This document shows, one piece after another, positions 1-12,880 of a stretch of 62,629 bases of DNA. Within the stretch, counting starts at the first letter, position 1. The number at the start of each line of letters is the position of its first letter. Origin of the DNA: Octopus bimaculoides (lineage: Eukaryota); the NCBI RefSeq assembly GCF_001194135.2, contig NC_069006.1:4014423-4077051 (forward strand), read 5' to 3'. The notes beneath the pieces are model-generated. The model was not told where the DNA came from and searched no databases. It saw only the letters and a program-made list of their open reading frames with translations. The translations under genes and the position numbers were made by a program.

Positions 1-129
1 CCGTTTTCATTAGTTTCCTGGTTAATGACGCTGCATTTGTTACGATGACCGGTCAAGGGACAGCCAATCGTTGTCCGACGTTCAATTTTACGTTTCTTAC
101 GGTGTCCAGTCAGTGGTCTATCATTTCGT

Positions 130-140
130 GGTGATGATGA

Positions 141-180
<40 letters not shown>

Positions 181-650
181 ATTACTGGATGTGGTGTTGG
201 TGTTGGTGGTGTGATAGCGTTGCTGGTGTTGCTATTACTGTTGGTGTCGCTGTTGGTGTTTTTTGTTGTTGGCGTTGGTGTTTGTGGTGGTGGTGGTGGT
301 GTCGGTCTTGTTGGTGTTTATGTTGTTTTTGTTGCTGTTTTTGTTGTTGGTGTTGCTTCTGTTGTTGTTGTTATTGTTGGTGGTGGTCGTGGGGTCGACC
401 TTGTTGCTTTTGCTGTTGTTATTGATAATGGTGGGGGAGGAATTGTTATTGTCGTTATTGTAGTTGTTGGTGGTGGTGGTGATGGTGATGTTGCTTTTGA
501 TGATGGTGGTGGTGTCGGTCTTGTAGCTGTTGATGTTGTTGTTTGTTGTTGTTGTTTTTGTGGTGGTGGTGGTGGTGTCGGCCTTGTTGCTCGATAATCT
601 CTGCTGAAGATAATTCATAATCTGTTGTTGTTGTTGTTGTTGTTAATTGA
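130..650. repeat. Compound trinucleotide microsatellite (GTT/GGT/GCT)n
   Basis: Direct inspection; GGTGGTGGTGTCGG(T/C)CTTGT recurs three times. Confidence 0.9.
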
Positions 651-1259
651 ATGTTTCCAGACATTCATTTCCGGAAATTTTTGATGACGTAGTCTTCACA
701 AAATATTCTTCAAATGTTTGTTGACATCAGAAATAAAATTCTCTAAAATACACGCAGTTGTTGTTGTTGTTGTTGTAGCAGGTGCTGCAGTCATTGCTGT
801 TTAGTCTAAGGTCAATCCTGTCGAACTAGATCTATGACCAAAAACATTCCAACTGTGACCATCCCGTCTTATTGCATATCTGGGTATTCATTATCTAATG
901 AGTTCTTGTTTCCTTTTTACTTTTTTGTTCTTTAATACGATTTAAGGCACACGTAACTGTTATTTCTAGCTTGTCGATCGATCTCTTAGAGGTGTCTTCT
1001 TGTTATTTATATTTTTACTTTTTTTATATACTGGAATAAGACGAATCCCAAAAAGAGCAAGGCAAATAGTGCTGCAGTTTCCTTTTTTTTGTTTCCTGAA
1101 TATTCTTTGATTTGTTTAGATTGTTCTAGTCTAAGACTATACTGAAGCACAGTTCTTGTGTTTCGGGTAACAATTGGAATCTTTGGAATCTTTGGAAAGA
1201 ACAGAATCAAAACATAACTGAAATTCTTGATTCAAAATGGCGATTGTATTAAAAACATT

Positions 1260-1328
<69 letters not shown>

Positions 1329-2164
1329 AATCAAATTTGGTTTTAGTTTTCGTTTGAAGTAAAGAAATAACGATAAAAGAGTGAAACAAACAAACAAACA
1401 AATAAAATGTTTATAAAGAGAGTTATTCGATTTACTGACCTGTTAAAGCATTATTGGAGTGTTTGTTCATGTTTGTTGTAAAAAAACAAATCCAAATAAC
1501 ATTTAGATTTGACAAACTTGACATGTCACAATGCTATATTTTTATACAATGTTTAGTTGCACAGAAATGCTAATATAGAGCGGGTCAGTATAGTTTGCGT
1601 TAGACTGTCCAATATTCCTGCGTTTTAAATACATATTAGTTTATGTTCCAATGCCATAGCTCAGTCCACTGTTTTAATATATTCTTAGAAACTTGATTTT
1701 TCTTTGTTCTTTTTCCATAAGCTCTTCGTCCCTTCGTCCATCTGATGTTGTTGTTATTGTTGTTGCAATAACGATTGAAAATGTCAAGGGTAGTTTATGC
1801 ATAAACACACACACACACACATATACACATCCATCTATCTATATATATATATTGATAAAATATAACACACAATGATAATGATAATTACTTGGTGACTATA
1901 CCCCCAAGTTTACTATTGGTTTTGTTTAGGATAATAATACGACGTCAGAAACAAAAATGGAAGGGGCAGACGACAGCAAAGGAGCCAGTCATTTCGTTGT
2001 TGTTGAACGGCAAATGTAAACTACAATGGCGGCCAGGTTAAAAGAAAGGTGGTCGAGACAGTGAACTAGCGACAATTATTATTTTACGAGAGGGGCGGAT
2101 AATTCGGGATTATCGATTGCCTGAAATGTTTGATCTTACAATTTCACACACACACACACATACA

Positions 2165-2213
<49 letters not shown>

Positions 2214-2639
2214 AGAACGAGGGATTTACACACAGAATCACACACATGCAGATATATGCTGTCACACATACGTACACGCTCGCTCACACATGCAAACAAA
2301 CACACACACACACACACATTTGCCTAAACACACACAATGTAAGCACTTAACAACAGAACAACTTGCTTATTCACTCATACATAGACATCATATACACACG
2401 TTGGTTTATTCACGTATCATTAGCAGCTCTGGCCAGCTTATTATGAAACAAATCTGTGTTAATCTCGTATCTAATAAGTTAATCTTGAAGGTAATCCACC
2501 AGAAGTGAAACACAGAATAGTGGATAAGGATTAACTTATTTTATATCTTCTCGCTATTCCAACTTCCTTTGAAGCCTCTTCAGTACATCTCTTTATTTCT
2601 TTTTTCTTCTTTTGATGTTCAATGTCTCGGTGCCTTAGT

Positions 2640-2945
2640 GATGGCGCAGGCGCATGGGGTAGAAGTTAGGGTGTTACAATCACGATCTTAAGCCTGTTGT
2701 TTCGATTCTTGGACCAGGCGGTGCGTTGTGTTCTTGAGCAAAAACACTTCATTTCACATTGCTCCAGTCTACTCAGCTGTAAAATGACTTCCTTCAATAG
2801 CCTGGAAGTCAACCTTGTGACAGACTAGCATCCCATCCAGGGAAAAAGAGTTGTAACCTCACTCACTTATATGCTATGGAAACCGAGTTAAGTTCGGCCT
2901 TATAAGTCCTTGGGCTTATGACAGACCTAAGTCCTAAGTCAATAA
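2640..2945 (+). mobile_element. Degenerate tRNA-derived SINE (family distinct from the two dominant ones)
   Basis: tRNA-like head with a B-box-like GTTTCGATTCTT, followed by ...GTGTTCTTGAGCAAAAACACTTC...AACCTTGTGACAGACTAGCATCCCATCCAGGG, which resembles a SINE body. Confidence 0.5.
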
Positions 2946-3358
2946 CCCAATTATTCACAAATTCTCACTGCCAATTTACTTCTAATTCTGAGGTAAATAT
3001 ACTTGGCTGATGAGTCCTAAATAGATCGAAACATGTCTATCAGGACTTTGGTTGCGAAAAAGCTTTCTAACCGTTATCACCCTGATATTTTTGAATATTA
3101 AGGACAACATTATCTAATTTATCCTTTCTCTTTTAAAAGCAAACCGAAATTTGAGACAGATTTCGCTTATAGTCTGGAGCACATTAGTGGACGACTAAAG
3201 GATAACTCAAGGTGTTATATATATGGTCCACGGCAATGTTTATTCCAGAACAGGGGTATATTACACACACACACACACACACACGCACACATACACACAT
3301 ATATATATATACATATACATATACATATATCTATATATCTATCTATACACACACACAG

Positions 3359-3409
<51 letters not shown>

Positions 3410-3498
3410 CGTGTGTGTGTGTGTGCTTACTTATTACGTAGGTTTTTAAATGCGTATTGCTGTTGTTTTTATCCTCTTCTTCCGTCTCCTCTTTCTAG

Positions 3499-3615
3499 GA
3501 GCTGCAACCTTTGCCGGATTACGGAAATATGTGGCTGAACAACGAATCACACGTGTTTTAAGCTTCATCCATATTGCTGCACAGGGACTGGCTGCGTCCG
3601 GATGCGCGGGTGGTG
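3499..3615 (+). CDS. Amidohydrolase internal exon A ([39 protein letters not shown])
   Basis: Polypyrimidine acceptor tccgtctcctctttctag| and donor G|gtaagt; phase 1-1. The peptide follows the family DAGSAG motif position. Confidence 0.85.
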
Positions 3616-4731
3616 GTAAGTTTGGCAAGTGGTACAATCCTTAAGTTGAATTGAGGCAGATTTGAAGGTTTGAAATTTACATAAAAGAGTAAAGGTGAAC
3701 AGAACATATAAAGTTCTTTAAGTTTCGAGCCTTCGGTGCCTTGATTAGCCCCATTTTATCCTTCTTTCGAATCATCAGTACGGCATAACTTGGCATAAAT
3801 GAAACTGAATTAAATATTTTACGAAGTTAGACGTTTCTTAGAGAGAAATTTTATTGGTCTAACAATGAATTCCAGTCCTCGTCCTTTCCTTACGAGACTG
3901 AGCCATTAGGTCCTATCGTGATAAATGACTCTTGAAAGATAGAAGGGGAGAGGATGCACATATATGGAGAGAAAGAAAAATAAGGAAGAAACTGACATAA
4001 AAAATGATACACAAGCACAGACATACGTATAGAATTAGTCTCATCAGAGCTTTGGTTTAAAGACAGACAAAATATCGTGTGAAAGGATGGCTGGATTATA
4101 AAAAATTAATTTAAATGCCTATGTATTATGAACGTGAGCGTTAACTTTTCAACTACATAACAATTTCAATTAAAAAGCAACAAAATTATAACGGATAAAA
4201 TAATTAAGTAAATAGAATCTACAAATGACTGAAGAGTAACTATCGAAATGACTGAAGACAAATGACTGAAGAGTAACTATCGAAATGACTGAAGACAAAT
4301 GACTGAAGAGTAACTAAAGAGTAACTATCGAAATATCTTTCTATATATCTCAAATAATATTAATCCAAACTCGTTTAGGTCGAAGACAATCTTTGGCTAT
4401 TATAATATACAGCAACAATATATAGGTATATACATTAAGTATCAGGGTCTTACTTAATCTAGAGACGGCAATAAAGGTTTTAATAAATATAAAAAGTTAT
4501 TGATATAAAAATTTGTTTAAAGTAACTAACAAAAAATGTGTGTGTCTACAGCGTCTTATATGTTCATGTTTATTATGAAGTTGACGATGTATGAGTAGAT
4601 TATGAAACAGCTGTAACCTCTACAAAAGTATTATAATTCTTCTCACCCGAACTCTCTTTGTTTTATTTGCTTATCGATAGATAGATAGATAGATAGACAT
4701 ACGCATAAATCGATATACATACATACATACA

Positions 4732-4767
<36 letters not shown>

Positions 4768-7700
4768 CACACTCACCCACCCACATCCACATTTGTACTC
4801 ATATCACATATATATATATATACATATATATACATATGAGATATGAGTACAAATGTGTAAATGTGTGTGTGCGTGTGTGTGTGTGTGTGTGCGTGTGTGT
4901 GTGTGTGTGCGTGTGTGTGTGTGTGTATAGGCGCAGGAGTGGCTGTGTGGTAAATAGCTTACATGGCTTCGTGGCACCTTGGGCAAATGTTTTCTACTAT
5001 AGCCTCGGGTCGACCAAAGCCTTGTGAGTGGATTTGGTAGACGGAAACTGAAAGAATCCCGTCGTATATATATATATATATATGTGTGTGTGTTTGTCCC
5101 CCACCATCGCTTGTCAACCGATGTTGGTGTATTTACTTCCCCGTAACTTAGCGGTTCGGGTAAAAGAGGCCGATAAAATAAGTACTAGACTTACAAAGAC
5201 TAAGTCCTGGGTTCGATTTGTTCGACTAAAGGTGGTGCTCCAGCATGGCCGCAGTCAAATGATTGAAACACATAAAAGAATANNNNNNNNNNNNNNNNNN
5301 NNNNNNNNNNNNNNNNNNNNNNNNNNNNNNNNNNNNNNNNNNNNNNNNNNNNNNNNNNNNNNNNNNNNNNNNNNNNNNNNNNNNNNNNNNNNNNNNNNNN
5401 NNNNNNNNNNNNNNNNNNNNNNNNNNNNNNNNNNNNNNNNNNNNNNNNNNNNNNNNNNNNNNNNNNNNNNNNNNNNNNNNNNNNNNNNNNNNNNNNNNNN
5501 NNNNNNNNNNNNNNNNNNNNNNNNNNNNNNNNNNNNNNNNNNNNNNNNNNNNNNNNNNNNNNNNNNNNNNNNNNNNNNNNNNNNNNNNNNNNNNNNNNNN
5601 NNNNNNNNNNNNNNNNNNNNNNNNNNNNNNNNNNNNNNNNNNNNNNNNNNNNNNNNNNNNNNNNNNNNNNNNNNNNNNNNNNNNNNNNNNNNNNNNNNNN
5701 NNNNNNNNNNNNNNNNNNNNNNNNNNNNNNNNNNNNNNNNNNNNNNNNNNNNNNNNNNNNNNNNNNNNNNNNNNNNNNNNNNNNNNNNNNGCGGCGAATG
5801 TGACTCCTTGAACGTGGTCGACGTAGATGGATGCGTTTCGTGCATTCGGAAGAACCGTGACATGGTAGTCGGAGTTAAAGTCCGCTTGAGCTCCACTGTG
5901 GCCGACGATGGACGGAACGAAGAAGAAATATATCGGTAAAGAGTCTTTGTCATTTTAATGTTTTACTGTTTAATTTATTGTTTTTCTCTCCAGTTTCGGC
6001 TTTGTTTTCTGTAGTCTGAGCCCTACCGAATGCATTATTGCTCACAAAAAAAAAAAAAAAAAATTGCTGGCGTTTCTTTTGTAGTCATATCAGTCACTCC
6101 ACTGAAAGAATTTCTGTTACACCTCCTTTGACGGTGTTATTTACAACTACCGTATTTGAAGGGATAAAAGATGGCACTTGTATTAATAGACGTGCTACGA
6201 TTTATACATGACATGCTTCTTTTAGTTCTACTCTCAAAGCTTTGGTCATCCCGGGGTTATAGTAGAAGACACTTGCTCAAGGTGCCATGTAGTGAAACTG
6301 AACCCCAAAAGCATGTGGATGGGAAAGCAAGTCTAAAATGATTATTTTTTCCCATGCGGGGAGTCGAACCCCGGCCGCTGCGATGAGAACGTAGAATCTT
6401 AACCACTATTAACGAAAATAAATATTTATGTACACAGCTGCATGCATTTAAATTTAGCTCCCCTTTTTTAAAACACTACCCACTCGGATTACAATAGAAG
6501 CAGAAGAGCGGAAAAATGAGAGGAATTTTGGATGATTGGTGCCGTAGTATGAAAGTTAAAGAGATTTATAGTGTAATAGGAGTAGTTGTAGTGACAGCGC
6601 GATATGATCCGGATTTATAGGAATCCACGAAAACTAGGCTAATGGATGAAAAAAGATAAAAACAAGAAATAAAGGCAAGATGAATGGACGAGGGAACAAA
6701 TCCGTGGTGTTAGTGGTTTGGAGAATAGGGAAACAGTGAAGAGTAGAAGAAAGATATAGATAATAAGGGAAAAGTAAAAGAATATAAAAGGAGGGGATGG
6801 AATGACAGAAAAGAATGAAATAGTTGATGGAGACAGGAAAGGAAGGAAGAAATGTATAAATAAATGAGGAGAAATAGGGAGTAAGTTTTATTTAGCACTT
6901 ACTGGAAAAGAAGGAAGCTATTTCGATGAAGTGAGATAAGCAGACACAATAAGATAATCTGGAGTAGGAGAAGGAAATATAAGAATATACTACTTAACAA
7001 CGGTGGCTACTTTTGACTGAAAACGTATATTTTCATACAAGATAATGGACGCGGGCAGATTGACTGGGCAGACGACAACAGAAGGGAAAAGTAGTTTACT
7101 GATTTTTTTAAAAATATCATTTTTAATTTTTAAAATCATATAAACCCCCTCCTGTTTTGTGATTGGCAAATGGTTTGGCTCAGTGAGTTGGATTCTTATC
7201 TTCAGCAGTTTTATCCAAATAAATCTAGCTTTAAAAAAAGAGAGAAAAAGACAGAAGCAAAGCTGTACAGATGTTTCATATGCACCGAAACGAACGTATA
7301 TATGAAGAAGAATTAATTTTGTTGTTTATTATTTGTATCTATTCAAACTGAGAAATTTTCATTTCATTTCGCAGCTTGATGTCATGTTCGGTTGCCAATA
7401 TGTGGAAAAACAACGTTTGTTATGGCAAAGCAAAACGTAAGGATGCGTGTAAATGTGTGTGATGTGTGATATGAATGTGTCTAATGTAGGTGCGTAAGGA
7501 ATTGTATGTAGATGGAGTGTGTATGTGTGAGTGCGCCTGTGCAATGTCCGTTGTGCGTGTAATATGAGAGCATTGTTGTCATGTGTGTATATAATGTTTC
7601 TCATACGTTACACTCTATATAGTACACAAACATTTTACACGTATGTCGTGAGTTTGTAAGTTCGTGTCTGTCACTAAGCCTTGTACTGCGGTCTTTCATT

Positions 7701-9924
7701 GAAACTGAAGGGTCATACCAAACTAATGATGGTTATGTGCGTTGGGAAACAGTAAAGATGTTCAGATTTTTACTAAATTATTTTACAGAGAAGAAAAGAA
7801 TTCCTCTCTCCCTTGCTTCCTTCTTTCCTCCCCCTTCCTTCTTTCCTCCCCCCTTCCTTCTTTCCTCCCCCCTTCCTTACTGCCTGCCTACCTGCTTGTC
7901 CGCCTGTCTTCCTCTATTCTTTCCAAAAACATTTACCAATCACAAAACAGGAGAGGGGGTATATATAATTTTAAACGCTGCTGGACATCTACCACTGAGG
8001 AACCCATAGCAGGGTGAAATCACGTGACCTGGCAGTTCTGGCAGTCGACGTAGACGGTTCTCGTCTTTAACGATATAATTTCGAGGGCTTTTATGCACCA
8101 CAAGTCCCGATGAGAGATTCTCCATGTTAAGTTGGAGGTCAAGATTACCTTACGATGTGAACAATTCATCTTTTCTTTCCAACGAATCCGTTTATGTCCG
8201 AAACAACGTAAATTTCCTTTTCCTCACAGCAAAATAGTTTATTCCACCCGACATGTAAACTTAAATGTGACCAAAACAACGACGCCTCCCTCCCCCTCTC
8301 TCTGTCTCTCTCTCACTTGACGTAGTGATATAACTTGGCTGTAAATATATACCTTGGGGTACGAACGACTCATTGTTCTAAGTGGCTGCAGTACTATGAG
8401 ATTCCCAAATATCATAGTTAGTTTGTAATGGCCAGCTCAACTCCTGAACGACTGCAGATACTTATTTCCAGGGCAGTCTCTAAAAAAAGAATCGCTTCTG
8501 TGGAAATATGCTGTCTTTGTTTTAATCAGTTTTGAAACTAATGAAAAATTTTACTAAAATAACGTCCTTATTAAGATGGCGCTTCGGAATATAAATTGAC
8601 ATGAAGTTTTTGGTGGAAAGTTCTAATTTGGATCACTTTAATGCTTTTGTTACTATATTTCTGTTGAAATATACTGTCTTTACTCTTTTACTTGTTTCAG
8701 TCATTTGACTGCAGCCAGGCTGGAGCACCGCCTTTAGTCGAGCAAATCGACCCTAGGACTTATTCTTTGTAAGCCTAGTACTTATTCTATCGGTCTCTTT
8801 TGCCGAACCGCTAAGTTACAGGGACGTAAACACACCAGCATCGGTTGTCAAGCGATGGTGGGGGGACAAACACAGACACACAAACACACATACATATATA
8901 TGTATATATGTATATATATATATATACATATATACGACAGGCTTCTTTCAGTTTCCGTCTACCAAATCCACTCACATGGCTTTGGTCGGCCCGAGGCTAT
9001 AGTAGAAGACACTTGCCCGAGGTACCACGCAGTGGGACTGAACCCGGAACCATGTGGTTGGTAAGCAAGCTACTTACCACACAGCCACACCTGCGCCTAT
9101 TTGAATTTATTTTGAAAACAATGAAGAATTTGGTAGAAAAATTTGTCGATATCAAGATGATGTTTCGGATCCTAATTTAATATGAAAATTTGATGAAAGG
9201 TTTTTTAGATCACTTTAAAACTTTTGTTACCATATTTCTTCTGCTGAAATACACTGTCTCTGTTTCAATTTGAAAATAATGAAGAATTTAGTAAAATATC
9301 ATAAATTGACATGAAATTTTGATGGAAGGTTTTGCTTTAGAACATTTTAAATCCTTTTATCGTATTTCTATTGAAATAGAGAGCTTTTGTTTCATTTTGA
9401 TCTGAAACAAATAACGAATTTAGTCAAATTACTTTGCTGTCATTAAGCTGGTGTTTTGAAACAGAATTTAACATAGAATTTTGCTGCTCTCTCTCTATAT
9501 ACATTGTAAAGCGTGACTGGAGAAATAACTCTACAAACCAACTAACCAACCAAATACCCAACATTTATATCGACTATTATTATATAGAGATAGCGTATTT
9601 GCTTTTACTCCACACGAGAGTTGTAAATGTCCTACGAGTTTTTGAAGTCGCCATGATGGTTCGGAATAAATAAATTAGGTTGAAATGTATAAACCCTCAG
9701 GGAGTAAGTAATATTATATAAATTTATGTTTTTTTTTTGTATCGTGAATGTTTTTTCCTGCCGATTGGTGTTGGTATTTGCATAGCAGTGGTGTCGTTGT
9801 CATCGTAAATGCCACCACCACCACCACCACCACCACTATCTCTACTACTACTACTATCAAAACCATCACCTCTATTATTACCATTGCTGTTACTACCACC
9901 ACCACCACCACCACCATCATCACA

Positions 9925-9982
<58 letters not shown>

Positions 9983-10484
9983 TTGCCGTGGCCGTCACCT
10001 CCACCATCACCATCATCCGACATTATTTACGAGGAGGGGTCGAAAGTTTCATGGTGTAGCAGGGCTTCTTCACTAATGCTCGTTTCCCCCCCCCCCATTG
10101 TTCCATCATCCTAACCCACCATGTAAACATGTTTTTCTCTCTCTCTCCACCTGACAAACAGACAGACTGCGCTGTCCCCGCTGCCACCACCACAAACTTC
10201 AACCAATTCTCTCTGCCAGCGCGAAACACGTCAATCACTTCCTCAATCGGCTGTCATGGTAACATATCCACTGAACAACTTCATTATTTGGTTCATTCTT
10301 GTACTTTCCATAGTCTTTGTTTATATATATACATAGATATACATACGTTCATACATACACACATACACATATATATGCATATCTATATGTATTATGTATG
10401 CATACACACACACGCGCACACATATATGAGTGTATGTATGTACATGTATATGAATATGTATATAGGTATAAGTACATATATATG

Positions 10485-10575
<91 letters not shown>

Positions 10576-10927
10576 GTATGTTATGTATGCATAGACATAC
10601 GTATATATGTGTGTAGTATATATATATATATGTGTATATTATATAAGCATAACTACACATATATGCATATATATATTTACATACATTTATAACATAATAT
10701 ACATAATACACACGCATATATATTGCACTTGTTGATTTTTAGTTATAGAAAAGAGATTTCCGCTAATTTCCTCGTATCTATCTATCTGCCTATCTCTGTC
10801 TCTCTCTATCTATCTATCTATCTGCTTATCTATCTATCTATCTATCTATCTATCTGTCTGTCTGTCTGTCTGTCTTTCTGTGTCTGCAAGCCTGCCTGCC
10901 TGCCTATCTATCTATCTATCTATCTGC

Positions 10928-10975
<48 letters not shown>

Positions 10976-12844
10976 TTATCGATCGATTGATCGCTTTCTC
11001 CATCGTTCTTCCTCGTTTCTGTCCAAGCAGTCGCTCTCCATCAGCCCCCCCCCCCTCTTACGTTTTTCATTTCCTCACCCTACTTCTCTCTTACTCTCGC
11101 ATTCTCTTGTCTAACTCTATATATCTCTCTTGGTTCACCATTGTTGTCCTTTTGTTATTAAAATGAAATGCGTTTCTTTCAATTCGAAACAAAAAGTACT
11201 CCCGAAATAGAGAAATGTTTGCTGAGTGGAAAGCATTATTGTCTTTCTTCAATGCGTTGAATTCTTTCCTCCCTCCCTCCCTCTCTTTCCCCTCTCCTTC
11301 ACTAATAGCCGCCCATCCACTTTAATCTTCTAAAATGTCCCACAATGCTTCGCGATGTAAAGCTGGCAACAATGGCCGACTGACAACCATTGCTTACTGT
11401 ATAGACGCACACACACACACACACACACACACGCACGTACACACACCCGTACTTATACACACAAACACAAACACACTGCAATTATATAGAGGCGCGCAGG
11501 CACACACAAACACACACACTCACTCACTAGCAATTAGACACGCACACGCATACACACACACATAAATATGGCTTCTTTGTTGTTAGAAGATGATTGGCTT
11601 AATATTACAATGGTGGCGGCGGCGCAACGATGCCGTGTCAGCAGTGACGGCGACGATGCGGATGCTAGTTCGTGGCACAGTAACGTTTAGTTGTCTGGTG
11701 ATGGTGCAGTGTTGAACGTTTCTGCTGTTGCTGTTGATATTGACGGAGGAAAGGGAGGAGTAGCTATCTATGCCACTAGTAGTTGTAGTAGTAGTGGTAG
11801 ATGGTAATGGTGGTGGTGGTAGGAGTAGTAGAAATAAGAGAGTTCCATTTACGGCAAGAGACCCATTGATCCCGAATCAGAAAAGAAACAATGGACGTTA
11901 CTGTTGCGCCGTCTTCCTCCAGCTACAACTCTTCTTTCTTCGCAACTTCATCCCCACCACCACCACCACCACCATCATCATCAACAACACGCTTTCTTCT
12001 CCTCTTCCCCTCTTACCTCTCCCGAACATCTACTTCCGCTACCTATCCCCACCCATAGTCTTTTCAGTCGCCGTTGGAAACAGACTCAAGAAAATAAATT
12101 GGTTCTATGAAATCACCGAACACATAACACACACACACACACACACACATGCATAAACGCACATACACGCGCACACATACAGGCACATTTACACACACAT
12201 AGGCATAGAACACACACACTTGCATACACACACATGCACACATACATAGATAAACGCGTGCACACACACACATACGATAACGCACGTACATCGATCTGTT
12301 TGAAAAACGTTCGGCAAACCTCACTCTTATATACGTATACGTGATTATTAAAACACGCACACACACACACACACTAGCACACTAACACATGCACATGTGT
12401 ACTCTTGAATTTTTATAAACAATAGGTAAAACGTACTTTATACTGAGATACTCGTTATAATGCTCAGATGAGTCTTTCTTGTCTCTTTTAATACTTCGAG
12501 TTGGCTGATCGTAAAGTCAGGTAAGGGACAACAATGGACAAATGTTTCATTTGAATGTTACTTCGTCAAAACAGCACAGCCAATCTACTAATTCTGCTGG
12601 CTCGGTTAGACTGTACCATACTGACGAGGTAAATATATACCGAAACATACGTTCACAATCGTTCCTTGTCTGTGAACAAAGCACTATTATGGTTGCAGGC
12701 TGTGTATTTAAGAAGGTTTCGAGTTCTGTCCCACTGCACGACACCACGAGCAAGTGTCTTCTACTGTAGCCTCAGAGCAACCAATGCCTTGTCAGTGAAT
12801 TTGGTACATGGAAACTGTGCGGAAATCTGCGATATATATGTATG

Positions 12845-12880
<36 letters not shown>

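Noticed and set aside
6349-6408. Functional tRNA-Glu gene
   Set aside because: The 5' acceptor strand and A-box start are missing and there are stem mismatches.
7940-8125. Minus-strand 61-aa [13 protein letters not shown]...
   Set aside because: No recognisable motif or convincing splice sites, and its 3' end runs into the inverted-repeat arm.
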